A model generated the notes under the pieces. It was not told where the DNA came from. It did no database searches and worked only from the letters and a program-made list of their open reading frames with translations. The position numbers and the translations under genes were made by a program. Below, one piece after another: positions 12,252 to 23,752 of a DNA stretch of 64,000 nt; position 1 is the first letter of the stretch, and each line of letters begins with the position of its first letter. The DNA is from Octopus sinensis (lineage: Eukaryota). The stretch covers positions 2,728,001 to 2,792,000 of the forward strand of contig NC_043014.1 in the NCBI RefSeq assembly GCF_006345805.1, in the 5' to 3' direction.

Positions 12252-12990
12252 TCGACTTTGTTTCCTCATAACTATCAGAAAATGGATATTTTTCAGTGAA
12301 ATTTTCTACAAATACCTTTTGGATGGTGTAGATCTTTTCGGTGTGGGATCTTTTCGGTTTGAACGGCAGTTTTTTAAAATAATTTCCACGTAACTAAACA
12401 CTTTTAAACTTCGTATACTGGTAGAATGTGTTTATAAAACATCTTTTTCTCTTGGCTTTATTGAGAAAATTCTATAGTTTGTAAGATATTTGTTGTTTTT
12501 TTTTCTTCAATTTCAACCAATCAATGACGTCTATTGAGGTGAAAACATTATATGCCGTATGAATATGTCCCTCGTTTAAGAAACAGATTAGGTTTATTTA
12601 CATTTCTGAAGAAAAAAAAGATACCCTTCTCCCCACCCTTAACCCTAACCCTAAAACAGATTGAAATGCAATAGATCGATACTAGGGTCATAGTTATGGG
12701 TGACAATTTCATATGACACTGCTAGAAAAAACTGCCGTTCAAACCGAAAAGATCCAAAATTAGTTGGCGAAAACATACACACTGACACATCACAAATATA
12801 TTCAAAATGAAACTTAAGATTTTGAAATAAAATTCTGATGTGCATCAGTATATTTATGTGCGCATCCATCATTTTTGGGGTTTTTTTAGCATTAAATTAT
12901 AATCGCAATCTACACCATCTGAAAGGTACTTATTGACAATTTAACTGAAAAATACTGATTTTTCAGAGAGTTATGAGGAAACAAAGTCGA
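12252..12990. mobile_element. Older inverted-repeat element (tcgactttgtttcctcataact arms) hosting an M2 MITE
   Basis: 12252..12333 is an imperfect reverse complement of 12908..12990. The same ttgtttcctcataact motif recurs near 9225, 59920, 60105, 60375, 60535 and 63925. Confidence 0.55.
12346..12755 (-). mobile_element. MITE family M2, inverted relative to 11779..12186
   Basis: Same TIRs and same internal sequence in reverse orientation. No clear TSD. Confidence 0.85.
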
Positions 12991-13340
12991 TATGGGGGTT
13001 CACTTGTATAGATATGCCTATAAAATAATCAGATTTTGGCGTAACTTCCGTATAAGTACCGGATACATTTCAAGAAAGTGTTTTTTTTATATATGTGGGG
13101 TGGGGTTAGTGTTAGGGGTGGGAGAAAAGGGGTTTCTGTTATCTTCAGAAATGTAAACAAAGCCACTTACGGTACTTATAACGAAGGATCGCCCGGATTT
13201 TTTACTATGCACACAGAATAGGGTTAGTGCTAGGGTCAGTTTTAGGGTTAGGGTTAGGTGGTGTGCTTTACCTTCGCCCATTTTATGATGTGATATTTCC
13301 CGTTCAGACACAAAATTTGACAATAATAGTATATAGATAC

Positions 13341-13450
13341 AAGGGGCAGCCAATATCGTCTGCGAATTGTAAGAAGACCGTTTCACATTCTTTTTCTTAA
13401 AAGACAGTTCATAACTAATAACAATAATAATATACAATAATTTCATTATT

Positions 13451-13503
<53 letters not shown>

Positions 13504-13505
13504 CA

Positions 13506-13539
<34 letters not shown>

Positions 13540-13595
13540 AACTAATAATAATAATAATATACAATAATTTCATTATTATTATCATTATCATTATT

Positions 13596-13630
<35 letters not shown>

Positions 13631-13637
13631 CATTATT

Positions 13638-13710
<73 letters not shown>

Positions 13711-13785
13711 GCTAATAACTGTCTTTTAAGAAAAAGATTGTGAAACGGTCTTCTTATATTTCGCAGACGATATTGGCGGACCCCT
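13341..13785. repeat. (ATT/ATC)n microsatellite of about 300 bp enclosed by about 70-bp inverted repeats
   Basis: gccaatatcgtctgcgaa...aagaagaccgtttcaca.tctttttcttaaaagacagtt on the left matches the reverse complement of 13718..13785. Confidence 0.75.
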
Positions 13786-14069
13786 TATTAATAATATCTG
13801 ACTGATAAAAGTAAGTTACCGTCAGACATGATCGTTTATATTCGCGAATGCCCGTTTCCCGTATTTTACTTTTTAGTATAAAATATTTTAAAATAGATGA
13901 GTCTTCCTAATTTTTTGCACACTTTATTTTGGATATATTTCCCATTTTCGTAACTTTTTTGGCAAGTAAGCGTCATCTTCTTGGAGAGGTGCGCTTCTGA
14001 AGAAGCGCAAACTTTTCTTTTCTCCCCTGAGGCACGGGCCTTCGAAGCACAGCCATTCCAAAACTCTGC

Positions 14070-14293
14070 GGTACTACTTAAGAAGAGTGGTCCCGGTGCG
14101 CGCACTCGCGCATCCGCGCTAACAATCGTGACTAGTCGATCCTACAACGACTACCTAGCAAAGTAAATAAAACACAAAGTAAATAATTTTTTAAACAAAG
14201 TACATAAAACACAAAGTAAGGATCGACTGGTCACGACTAGCTAGTGCGGATGCGCGAGTGCGCGCACCGGGACCACTCTTCTTAAGTAGTACC
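14070..14293. mobile_element. Complete MITE family M1 (224 bp), Merlin-like
   Basis: GGTACTAC...GTAGTACC termini, long TIRs, exact 8-bp TSD aactctgc (14062..14069 / 14294..14301). Confidence 0.9.
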
Positions 14294-15279
14294 AACTCTG
14301 CCATACTCAGTGCTTGATAGCTATTTTATTTTATCGACTCAGAAAGAGTGAAAGGAAAAGTCTACTGAGATTGGATTTGAAATCAAAATGTAAATGGCGC
14401 AGGAGTGGCTGTGTGGTAAGTAGCTTGCTAACCAACCACATGGTTCCGGGTTCAGTCCCACTGCGTGGCATCTTGGGCAAATGTCTTCTGCTATAGCCCC
14501 GGGCCGACCAATGCCTTGTGAGTGGATTTGGTAGACGGAAACTGAAAGAAGCCCGTCGTATATATGTATATGTATGTATGTGTTTGTGTTTCTGTGTTTG
14601 TCCCCCTAGCATTGCTTGACAACCGATGCTGGTGTGTTTACGTCCCCGTCACTTAGCGGTTCGGCAAAAGGAGACCGATAGAATAAGTACTGGGCTTACA
14701 AAAGAATAAGTCCCCGGGGTCGATTTGCTCGACTAAAAGGCGGTGCTCCAGCATGGCCGCAGTCAAATGACTGAAACAAGTAAAAGAGTAAAAGAGTAAG
14801 CCGAAAAAAAATTTTAAAGAAGCCTTCCTCTCCGACTACTTTCGCTTTCCCTCCAAGACATTCCTTATAAAGTCAAGGAGTTTAGCTGGTAGGGATGGGA
14901 GATAACTCATACAAGATCAACATTTAGATTCCAGTCTTTCCTCTAGAATGGTGAACAATGGCTTTTGTTAATTAAAAGAATGCGTTGTAAAACACTTAAA
15001 AAATATTCCAAAGTGTCTATTAATTAATTAATTTATTTATTTATTTGCACGTTTCGATAATTAAAGAAAACTATGTTATGTTTTTTTGGAAATGTTAGTT
15101 TCATTTTTGATTACATTTCTTTCATACAAAAATTACTGATAAAAAAAGGATAGATGCATATTATGTAAGAAGAATTTTAAGTTCTGTTATATGAAGAAGG
15201 AAAGTTCTTTTTTTTTCTTTCTTTCTTTCTAAAAACCAATTTTTTATTCCAAAATTCCAAAAAAGACAATTCGAAATAA

Positions 15280-15289
15280 ACCGGAAGTG
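15280..15289 (+). promoter_or_regulatory. ETS-family site ACCGGAAGTG, probable TATA-less promoter of DNAJC16
   Basis: Perfect ETS consensus about 200 bp upstream of the DNAJC16 ATG, at the edge of a locally CpG-containing segment. Confidence 0.55.
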
Positions 15290-15492
15290 ACCTGGTGAGA
15301 AGAACTGGTAACTAAGGGCAGATAACTGACTTTTACTTTGAATCGATTGTTGATATTTCCCCTCCTCCGCTGGAATTTAAATGTCATCAGCCACCTCGGG
15401 TACTTTGGACGGGGTATTCGCCAGTTTAACAGCTTCGAAACACAGAGGTACTGTACTATACGAGTATATTTTATAAGAAAAACTCAAACACG

Positions 15493-17766
15493 ATGAAGAA
15501 AATATTGGTTTCCCTCATGTTTTTACCGCTGATGATCGTAATTATTTCGAGTTTTGGTTCTGCTGATAATCCGTACGATGTGCTCGGAGTAAACAGACAC
15601 GCGAGCAACCAAGACATCAGGAAGGCTTATAAGTACCTGGTGAAGATGTGGCACCCTGACAAGAACAAAGATCCTGCTGCTGTGTTTAGATTTACCAAAA
15701 TCAACGAGGCGTACCAAACGTTAGGCCATCCGGAACGGCGGTCGATCTACGACCAACACGGTTACGTAGCATCTCATGACAATCACATACAAAGGAACTA
15801 CGCCAGGTATCAGAAACCGGGGCCACCTGGATCTCGGGTGTTCAATTTTGGAGCTGAATCGATTATCGATAAACACATGATAACCCACGAGTTCTATGAT
15901 GTCCGAATTCTTCCAGAAAGCTATCGAAGACCTTATTTTCTTTATGCATATGGTGACACTTGCCACATCTGTCGACATATCGAGCCTTTGATCGAAAAAT
16001 TTATCAAAGACCAAGAACAACTTGGAATTGGAGTAGGAACCATCCATGTGACATCGAACCGTGTGCTGGGCAGTAATTTGCGTATCCATGAAATTCCTCA
16101 GATCATGGCTATTGTCAATGGTCGGGTAACTTACTTTAAGGGCCACGTTACCAAACAAGCACTTCGCGACTTTGTTCGAAATCTGTTTGAACCTCCGAAA
16201 ACCTTGAAAACACTGAGCGATAATAACTTCAAAGATTTCCTGCTCGGGTGGTCTGATAACCGAATGAGAGCCTTATTTTTCGCCCCGAAAGAGAAACCGC
16301 CGTTGAGGTTCTTAATGTCGGCTTTCGCCCACCGTGAGAAAATCGCATCCGGTTATGTCAACACCCGAAGCTCTAATGTTTTAGGAATACTGGATCGTTT
16401 TAATGTAAACAAGGCTAAAGAAAGTCTTTTGATGGTTGGTGAAGACAGTAACACGAGTGTTGCAATTGTCACGATGAATACTTTGTCTTCGGACAGCATC
16501 AACGAAGTGATGGATGCTAACCAATACCTCACTTTACCTCGCCTCTCGTCGCAAATATTCTTTGATGAATTGTGTCCCATTGAGATCAGACCCAAACGTC
16601 GAAAACTGTGTGTGATTCTAGTCAGCAAGAAGACCGACGAACATAACAGGTACCGTTCACAGTTTCGAAACTACGTCGAGCGGGCTCCGACTTTCGAAAA
16701 CAAGGTGAAATTCATGTACCTCTACGAAGAAACACAGCGCCGTTTCGTCAGCGCCCTCATGGATGGGAACCAAACGCATTCAAACCCTTCGACACTGAAG
16801 CTGGCCATTCTGTGGCGCATGGACAAACACCACATGAACTATGAATGGGTGGAACCTGGATGGAGTGGTAACGACATCCATAACCAGATAACATGCCAGA
16901 ACCTTGAGAAACGTCTAGAAGAGTTGTTTGCCAGTTCTAATATTCTACACTACACTGCTACCTTGCCTGACTTCCACAATGAACACACGTTGAGTCTAAT
17001 GGTAAGAATCCTTCACAAGTTTTTCGACTGGTTTAATCGCCTGCTAAGCTATTTCAAACATTATGATTTCACGACATGGTTCAGCATTGTTATTGCTCTT
17101 CTCTCTGTCTTTTTTGTCGGATTGTTGATGCGTCGGATGCTTAACACGGAAATGGAAAAAGTGATGCAGCAACAGCCCAAAATAAGGCCTAGACCACTGT
17201 ACATCAAAAACAAGAGACTGGCTTTAAAAAGCCCCGACAACACTATGGTTCTTTATGAACTCTGTCCCGAGACCTACGACATGCTTGTCAAAGATACTGA
17301 TCCAGGTTTCACCATACTTGTACTTCTGGCAGATGATGACAAGGAAGATATATTGAATTCCTTCCGGAAGCTAATGAGAGAATATTCTCATTCCAACGTG
17401 CTGACTTTCTCTTATTTAGATCTCGACCAATATTTAGCATGGTACCGACACTTACTTGAAGAAAGCATTGACAACCGAGTTCAACTTTGTAACATTAACA
17501 TTCGCAACTGCATCGGCACGGTGTTGGCCATTAACGGTTACCGCCAGTACTATTACATCTACCATGCAAAGAGCACATCCAGAGGCTTACAACAGCTGCA
17601 TGGCACCGCCACAGAATCGGAAAGCGAGAAAGAACATAATGAATTAATTGTTAAACCACTTCTAGAAGGTGGACCTCTGCAAGGTTTGGATCGTTGGCTT
17701 TTGAAGTTATTTGATAGTAAACTACGCAAGATCCATGTCTCTTTTTGGCCTGACTTTGATTCATAA
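15493..17766 (+). CDS. DNAJC16: DnaJ homolog subfamily C member 16 (ERdj8-like), intronless, 757 aa
   Basis: Signal peptide, J domain with HPD (WHPDKN), thioredoxin-like domain with CxxC (CHIC-RHIEP), a TM segment near residues 530-550, and C-terminal GTVLAING similarity to DNAJC16. One open frame with no stops. Confidence 0.92.
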   Translation: MKKILVSLMFLPLMIVIISSFGSADNPYDVLGVNRHASNQDIRKAYKYLVKMWHPDKNKDPAAVFRFTKINEAYQTLGHPERRSIYDQHGYVASHDNHIQRNYARYQKPGPPGSRVFNFGAESIIDKHMITHEFYDVRILPESYRRPYFLYAYGDTCHICRHIEPLIEKFIKDQEQLGIGVGTIHVTSNRVLGSNLRIHEIPQIMAIVNGRVTYFKGHVTKQALRDFVRNLFEPPKTLKTLSDNNFKDFLLGWSDNRMRALFFAPKEKPPLRFLMSAFAHREKIASGYVNTRSSNVLGILDRFNVNKAKESLLMVGEDSNTSVAIVTMNTLSSDSINEVMDANQYLTLPRLSSQIFFDELCPIEIRPKRRKLCVILVSKKTDEHNRYRSQFRNYVERAPTFENKVKFMYLYEETQRRFVSALMDGNQTHSNPSTLKLAILWRMDKHHMNYEWVEPGWSGNDIHNQITCQNLEKRLEELFASSNILHYTATLPDFHNEHTLSLMVRILHKFFDWFNRLLSYFKHYDFTTWFSIVIALLSVFFVGLLMRRMLNTEMEKVMQQQPKIRPRPLYIKNKRLALKSPDNTMVLYELCPETYDMLVKDTDPGFTILVLLADDDKEDILNSFRKLMREYSHSNVLTFSYLDLDQYLAWYRHLLEESIDNRVQLCNINIRNCIGTVLAINGYRQYYYIYHAKSTSRGLQQLHGTATESESEKEHNELIVKPLLEGGPLQGLDRWLLKLFDSKLRKIHVSFWPDFDS

Positions 17767-18193
17767 TCCAACCATGAAAAAACATTTTCTTCCATAACTA
17801 GTCATAATCCATGCTTAACAAAGAAGAATCCTGTTCCTCTGATCCGAAGCTCCGAAACACGCATAAGTTGGATTGCCTTCTTGGATGTCAAAATTTTTAT
17901 CTCACAAAAGTATTCTCTTTAACTTGTATATTGTTGATAACCGAATCTCATTCACCTTTTATATGTGTGTGTGCATGTCTATATATGTATACATAATGTG
18001 AACAGTTGTATTTACAAATGGGGGTAGGTACTCAATACATGAAGGAGAGTATGTGTATTTTAACGGATGCTGGAATTTCTTAAATTGTAACTCTGAGTTT
18101 TAAGTTTCTGATTGTTCGAATGATTCAAAAACTCAACGTTACAAATCAAGGAGCTTCAGTTTCTAATAATATATACATGTGTGTATGTGTATG

Positions 18194-18272
<79 letters not shown>

Positions 18273-18855
18273 TAGACACACAAACATACATACATGCATA
18301 TATAATATATATATATGTGCATGCATACATACAATGATATATATATTATTATTAAGCAAGAATGTCGTTGACAGTAACTTCAAAGGTTCAACCAGCTAAG
18401 TCATTGTCGGATGATGGCTTAGCTGGCCGAAACATCGGAGTCACTATCAACAACATTCTTGCTTAAGAATGATAAATCTATTCTCTAAAAAAGTATAGAG
18501 TAACCCATCAGATTAATGTAAAATTGTTTTTATCATAACTGAACAAATATATAATATATAATATATATATATATATAATTAAAATAAGCAACAAGTATAT
18601 CTTAGGTAATTTGGTATGATCGTTTCATGCTACTTCATTTTATTAAACATTGTAAGTATTGAAGTTGGATGAAACGATCGTACCAAATTGCCTAAGATAT
18701 ACTTGTTGCTTATTTTGATTATAATCACTCCTTGGATTTATATGGATAATACCATACAAAATTCTGCTGCCTCTGACTTAAGTACCATATTCATTTGAAT
18801 CTAAATTTTGCTGAACTTACATAAATATATATATACACACATATATGTGTGTATT

Positions 18856-18910
<55 letters not shown>

Positions 18911-21425
18911 ATGTATGCACATACACACAGGCACACACATATCCATGTATATATATTTATATATATACATACATACATGCATACTCATGTATATGTGTGT
19001 CTATAAAAAATGTTGTTAATATTACCGTTTGTATTAATTAAGATGCTTGATTAGCAGACTCTGTAAAATTGTTCCAGAGTTAATTTGGGCCTTCGTCCTT
19101 CCAAGGGAGACAAATATTTTAGTTTCCCCTATCCTAACACAAAGATCCACTTCACAGCACTGTCCAGAAACATGTCTGGCCTCGTGCCGGTGTTAGAAGA
19201 CAGTGGACAACAGAATCACCTGCGGAGGAATGGACAGAGTACCTTACAGGATTCTGTTACACATCTCCTTACATGATCTGAGTTCATATCCTGCTGGGAT
19301 CGACTTCAATTTTCATTCTTCTTCTTCTTCCTCTTCTTCTTTGGATCTTATCTCGTCGTTTAAATACCACTCCTCAATTCTGTGGTCCTGCACCTGTCTA
19401 TCTTCTGACTTTACCTGTTGGTCTGTGACCATACTGGAGCACTGCTTTGGTAGGTTAGCCCAAACAAATCAATGCCAGTACTTTTTTTTTTAAAGCCTGA
19501 TTCTTATTCTGTTGGTCTCTTTTGCTGAGCCACCAAGTTACATGGACATAAACAAACCAACACCGATTATCAAGCATTGGTGGGTAACAAATGCAGACAG
19601 TCCTTACACTCATTTATATACATACTCAACAGGCTTCCACACAGTTTCCATCTACCAATTCATTTGCAAGGCAAGCTTCTCAACCACACCATCAAAGGTA
19701 TTAAGGTGAACTCACAGAATGAAAAGAAAATCAGAGAAAAAGCTTTATGAAATTTCTTCCAAACCTTTACATTCTGAGTTCAAATCTTGCCACGGTCAAC
19801 TTTACCTTTCATCCCTCCTGGCCCAGTGAAACAACATACCAGTCGAGTCTTGAGGTCGATGGCTTCGATTAACCCCATAACCACCACCCCCACCAAAATT
19901 GCTGGCCTTGTGCCTGAATCAGAAACCATTGTTATTGTGAAAGAACAGTGGGTTGGCAGAATTGGTAGATCATCAAGCAAAATTCCCTGTGGCATTTATT
20001 CCTGTTCTTTACATTCTGGGTTCAACTCCTGCCAAGGTCATCTTTCAGTTTTTATCCTTTCAGGGGTCAATAAAATTAAGTATCAGTCAAAGTTGCCGGG
20101 ATTGATGACATATAATCCCCAGCCCTCAGAATTGCTGGCTTTGTGCCTAAATTGGAAATGCTTCTTCTGCTTCTTCCATTGCATATAGTGAGGAACCAGC
20201 AGAATCATTAGGGCGTCAGTAAAAATGTCTGATGCCATTCCTTTCAGTTCTTCATGTTCTGAGATCAACTTTGCCTTTCATCCCTCCAAGATCGATAAAA
20301 TAAATTACCAGTCATGTGCTGGGGTCAGTGATATTGATTAACCTGTTCTCTTCCATGTAAGACTTAGAAAATATATTAAAAATATATTTTACACTGTGTA
20401 AACATTATTTGACCACCACCACCATTTAACATCTGCTTTTCATGCTGGCATGAGTTGGACAGTTTGACGGACTGGCAAGGCTGGATGGCTGTACCAGGCT
20501 CCAGTTGTCTGATTCAGTATTGTTTCTGTTACTGGAAGCTCTTCCTAATGTGAACCACTCTACAGAGTGCACTGGGCGCTTTTTATGTGATTCTGGCACA
20601 GGTGCCTTTCATGTGTGCCAGCATGGGTGCTTTTTACATGGTGCAAATAAAGGCCCTTTTATATGTGGCACCAGTATGGCTGATAAAGAATTCAATTTGC
20701 TGGACAGGGGGGACAAATATGTTTATTATATCAATTGCCAACAGTCAACAGTTTCACCCCGGGTGGGCTGAACATGACTCTGAAGGAGACTACATTGTTT
20801 GCAGCTTATATAAAGGGTTCTTGTCTGTCAACATGGTAAATTTTCCATCTGACTATTCTTATAAAATGCTCTCTCATCATCATCTAAAATCTGCTTTCCA
20901 TTCTGGCATAGGTCAGGAGATGGCAAATCAGAAGACTACGCCAACCCCTACTGTCTGTTGTCACATAGTTTCTATGGCTGGAGGCTCTTCTTAACACCAA
21001 CCACTTTACATAGTGTACAGGATGTTTTCTTTTGTTTTTTTTTTTACATAGCATGGAGTAACTATTATCTGTGGTATAAGCTTGTTTCTCATGGGATTGA
21101 ACCTAAAACAACATGGTTGGGAAATAAAATTTCTTAACCACACACCCATACCTAAGAGACATAATGACTAATCATCATCGTTTAATGTCTGCCTTCCATG
21201 CTGGATGGTTTGACCGGAACTGGCCAGGCAGGAGCCTGCACCAGACTTCTGTGTGTATTTTGGCAGGGGTCTTTACGGCTGGACACCCTTCCTAACACCA
21301 TCCACCCAGCAGAGTTTGTAGTAAAATTATATTTTACATAATGGAAGCATTGTCTGACATGGAACTTAATATGGGTTTATTAGAAGAGTGAGATGGGAAA
21401 TTTACCTTCAAGATATACCCCTTAA

Positions 21426-21803
21426 CCCTATAGCATTTGATCTGGCCATATCTGACCCAAATATGTTCTGACCAGTCAGATCTGGCACCTCACACCTCCC
21501 CTACAATGTCATTCTAAAAATATACAATCATCATCATTCAAATGTCTGTTTTCCATGCTGGCATGTCAGGCGCTGGATAGCCAAAGAACTGCACTTGGTT
21601 CCAGTTGTCTGTTTTGGCAATTTTTCTACAACTGGATACCCTTCCTGTTGCCAACCTCTTTACAGGGGGTACTGGGTGTCTTTTATGTGTCACCGGCATG
21701 TTATTGAAATCCTGAAAGTCTGAGATAATGCATGATTAATTCAAAACAATGTAAATGAATAAATAAGCTTTACATTTGACAAAGTGATCTGAAAGCTAAA
21801 GGA
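21426..21803. mobile_element. piggyBac-like MITE interrupted by a family C SINE fragment
   Basis: ttaa|ccctatagcatt...gctaaagga|ttaa. Internal similarity to 1927..2147. Confidence 0.7.
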
Positions 21804-22118
21804 TTAACGATGATTTTCTATCACAGTTTCTGCTTCTTTTAATTAGTTTTCAAAGATATCACCATCCCCACCTCCAATCCATACATATTCTTATGTCAAC
21901 TGCAAGCAAGTTTTTCTGGCCCGCAATCACAAATAGCCTAGCCTGGGTATAAAACTCTAAGTAGACTGTCAACTTTTGATATAATTAAACATGTCTGTCA
22001 ACTCTATCCAGCACATTGAGTTCTACTATTGATAACTTTTACACAATGTAAAATATATTTTGAATATATTTTACAACTCTTACACATCAACAGATATATA
22101 TGTGTACTCGTATGCATG

Positions 22119-22149
<31 letters not shown>

Positions 22150-22151
<2 letters not shown>

Positions 22152-22490
22152 GATGGCCGTCCACTTGTGACTGAGGAAGACCATTGCTGACCTTCAGGAA
22201 CATTGTCCACTCTAGGACTAACTTATATTTTGCATTTGCGGATCCGTTGGTGGCTAATGAGCCCTGCTCTTGACAAGCATACATGATTGTAAACATTGCA
22301 GACCAAGCTTTCCCCATTCACTACACCAACTGTGTGCTTTTGAGCAGCATGCTTCAATTCTCCATGCAGAAGATGTGCTCTCTCAAAGGAGTCGACCCCC
22401 TCCTTAACCTGCTTCCTCCATCTGTGGCGATGACAGGTATTGCTCCCCCAGTAGGTCTCCTGCATATCACAGGCATTTAATCAGCACATG
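22150..22490 (-). mobile_element. RTE-clade LINE 3' end (decayed)
   Basis: Minus strand WRKQVKEGVDSFE...LVCNVYNHVCLSRAGLISHQR matches the RTE ORF C-terminal C2H2-like motif. Confidence 0.7.
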
Positions 22491-23445
22491 ATTAATCATT
22501 AAATTGCAGCCTTGGTTTCTGCCGGGGTCTCTTTCCATTAAGAAGTTCCCCATATAACATGTTTAGGGATCCTGCTATCTTTTCAATAAGGGTATAATCG
22601 AACATGCTAAATTTGTTTGTTTCTACAAAATACACTTTGAAAATAGGGGTTGCAGCTTATACGCTAGCAAATAGGGTAGTTTTGAAAATAATAAAGAATT
22701 TAGTGAGATAAGTTTGCCATCATTTAAACTGGTGTTTAGAAAATGAGTTGACATGAAATTTTGGTTGAAGGTTTTTAGAACCCAGGGGAGGTCTCAGGTG
22801 TTGGAATCGAAGGACCTTCAGATGAAAAAAATAAGGAAGAGGCAGGTGTCTTATATTTATCATTGATTAATTAAAGAATGAAACACGTGGGAGAGGAAGG
22901 GGTACTTTACATGCGTTGAAGCATCTTCTAACTTAAGGACAAGAATATAGAGTTGGGTACTCTGTTTGTATTTTGGGGATCTTTTGGCTGATTCTGATGA
23001 TGAAAAATAAATAAAGAGGGAATGGTACCTTGCATGGGTTTTCAGAATCTTTTTGCACTTGGGTAACTGGGTAACTCAACTTTGGCGTTTAAAAACAATT
23101 TTAATAAAGAATTTTTTTTTTTCTGTTTTTAAAAATGTACCATCACCACCACTGTTCCAAAAATCCACTTCTGGTACTACAAAAGCATGCGTCTACCAGT
23201 CTGTTTGTCCTGATGTTACCTGTAATTATGAATTTTACCTGTGGGTTGTTTATAACTGGGTTATTGTTTTTTTTTTTTGAGGGGGGCAGGGTTTGTCTGG
23301 TGAAGACAAACAAAAACACTCATTCAAACAAATGTATTTATTTAAAGCTATGAAGTTTTTGTGCTGCTATTTAATTATATATATATATATTTTTTTTGTT
23401 TGTTTTTGATAAGTATGAACACATACATACTCATACACACACACA

Positions 23446-23752
23446 GTGGAGGCACATGGCCTAGTGGTTAGAGCAGTGGACTCGCAGTCAAGGGATCGCA
23501 GGTTCAAATCTCAGGCCGGGCGATGTGTGTGTTTATGAGCGAAAACACCTAAGCTCCACGCGGCTCCGACAGGAAGTAATGGCGAAACTTCTGCTGACTC
23601 TTTCGTCACAACTCTCTCTCACTCTTTCCTCCTGCATCTTGCAGCTTACCTGCGACGGACCGGTGTCCCGTCCAGGTGGGGAACCTATACGCCAAGAAAC
23701 CGGGAAACCGGACCTTATGAGCCAGGCATGGCTCAAGAAGGAACAAACATAC
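23446..23752 (+). mobile_element. tRNA-derived SINE family D (V/Meta-like central domain cctgcgacggaccggtgtcccgtccagg)
   Basis: A box tggcctagtgg, B box ggttcaaatc, (AAC) tail. Second copy at 43428..43703. Confidence 0.8.

Noticed and set aside
13087-13681. Poly-Ile/Met and poly-Asn ORFs
   Set aside because: They are translations of the (ATT/ATC)n microsatellite.
13960-14069. CpG-containing patch next to the M1 MITE as a coding exon
   Set aside because: No convincing splice pair or protein similarity.
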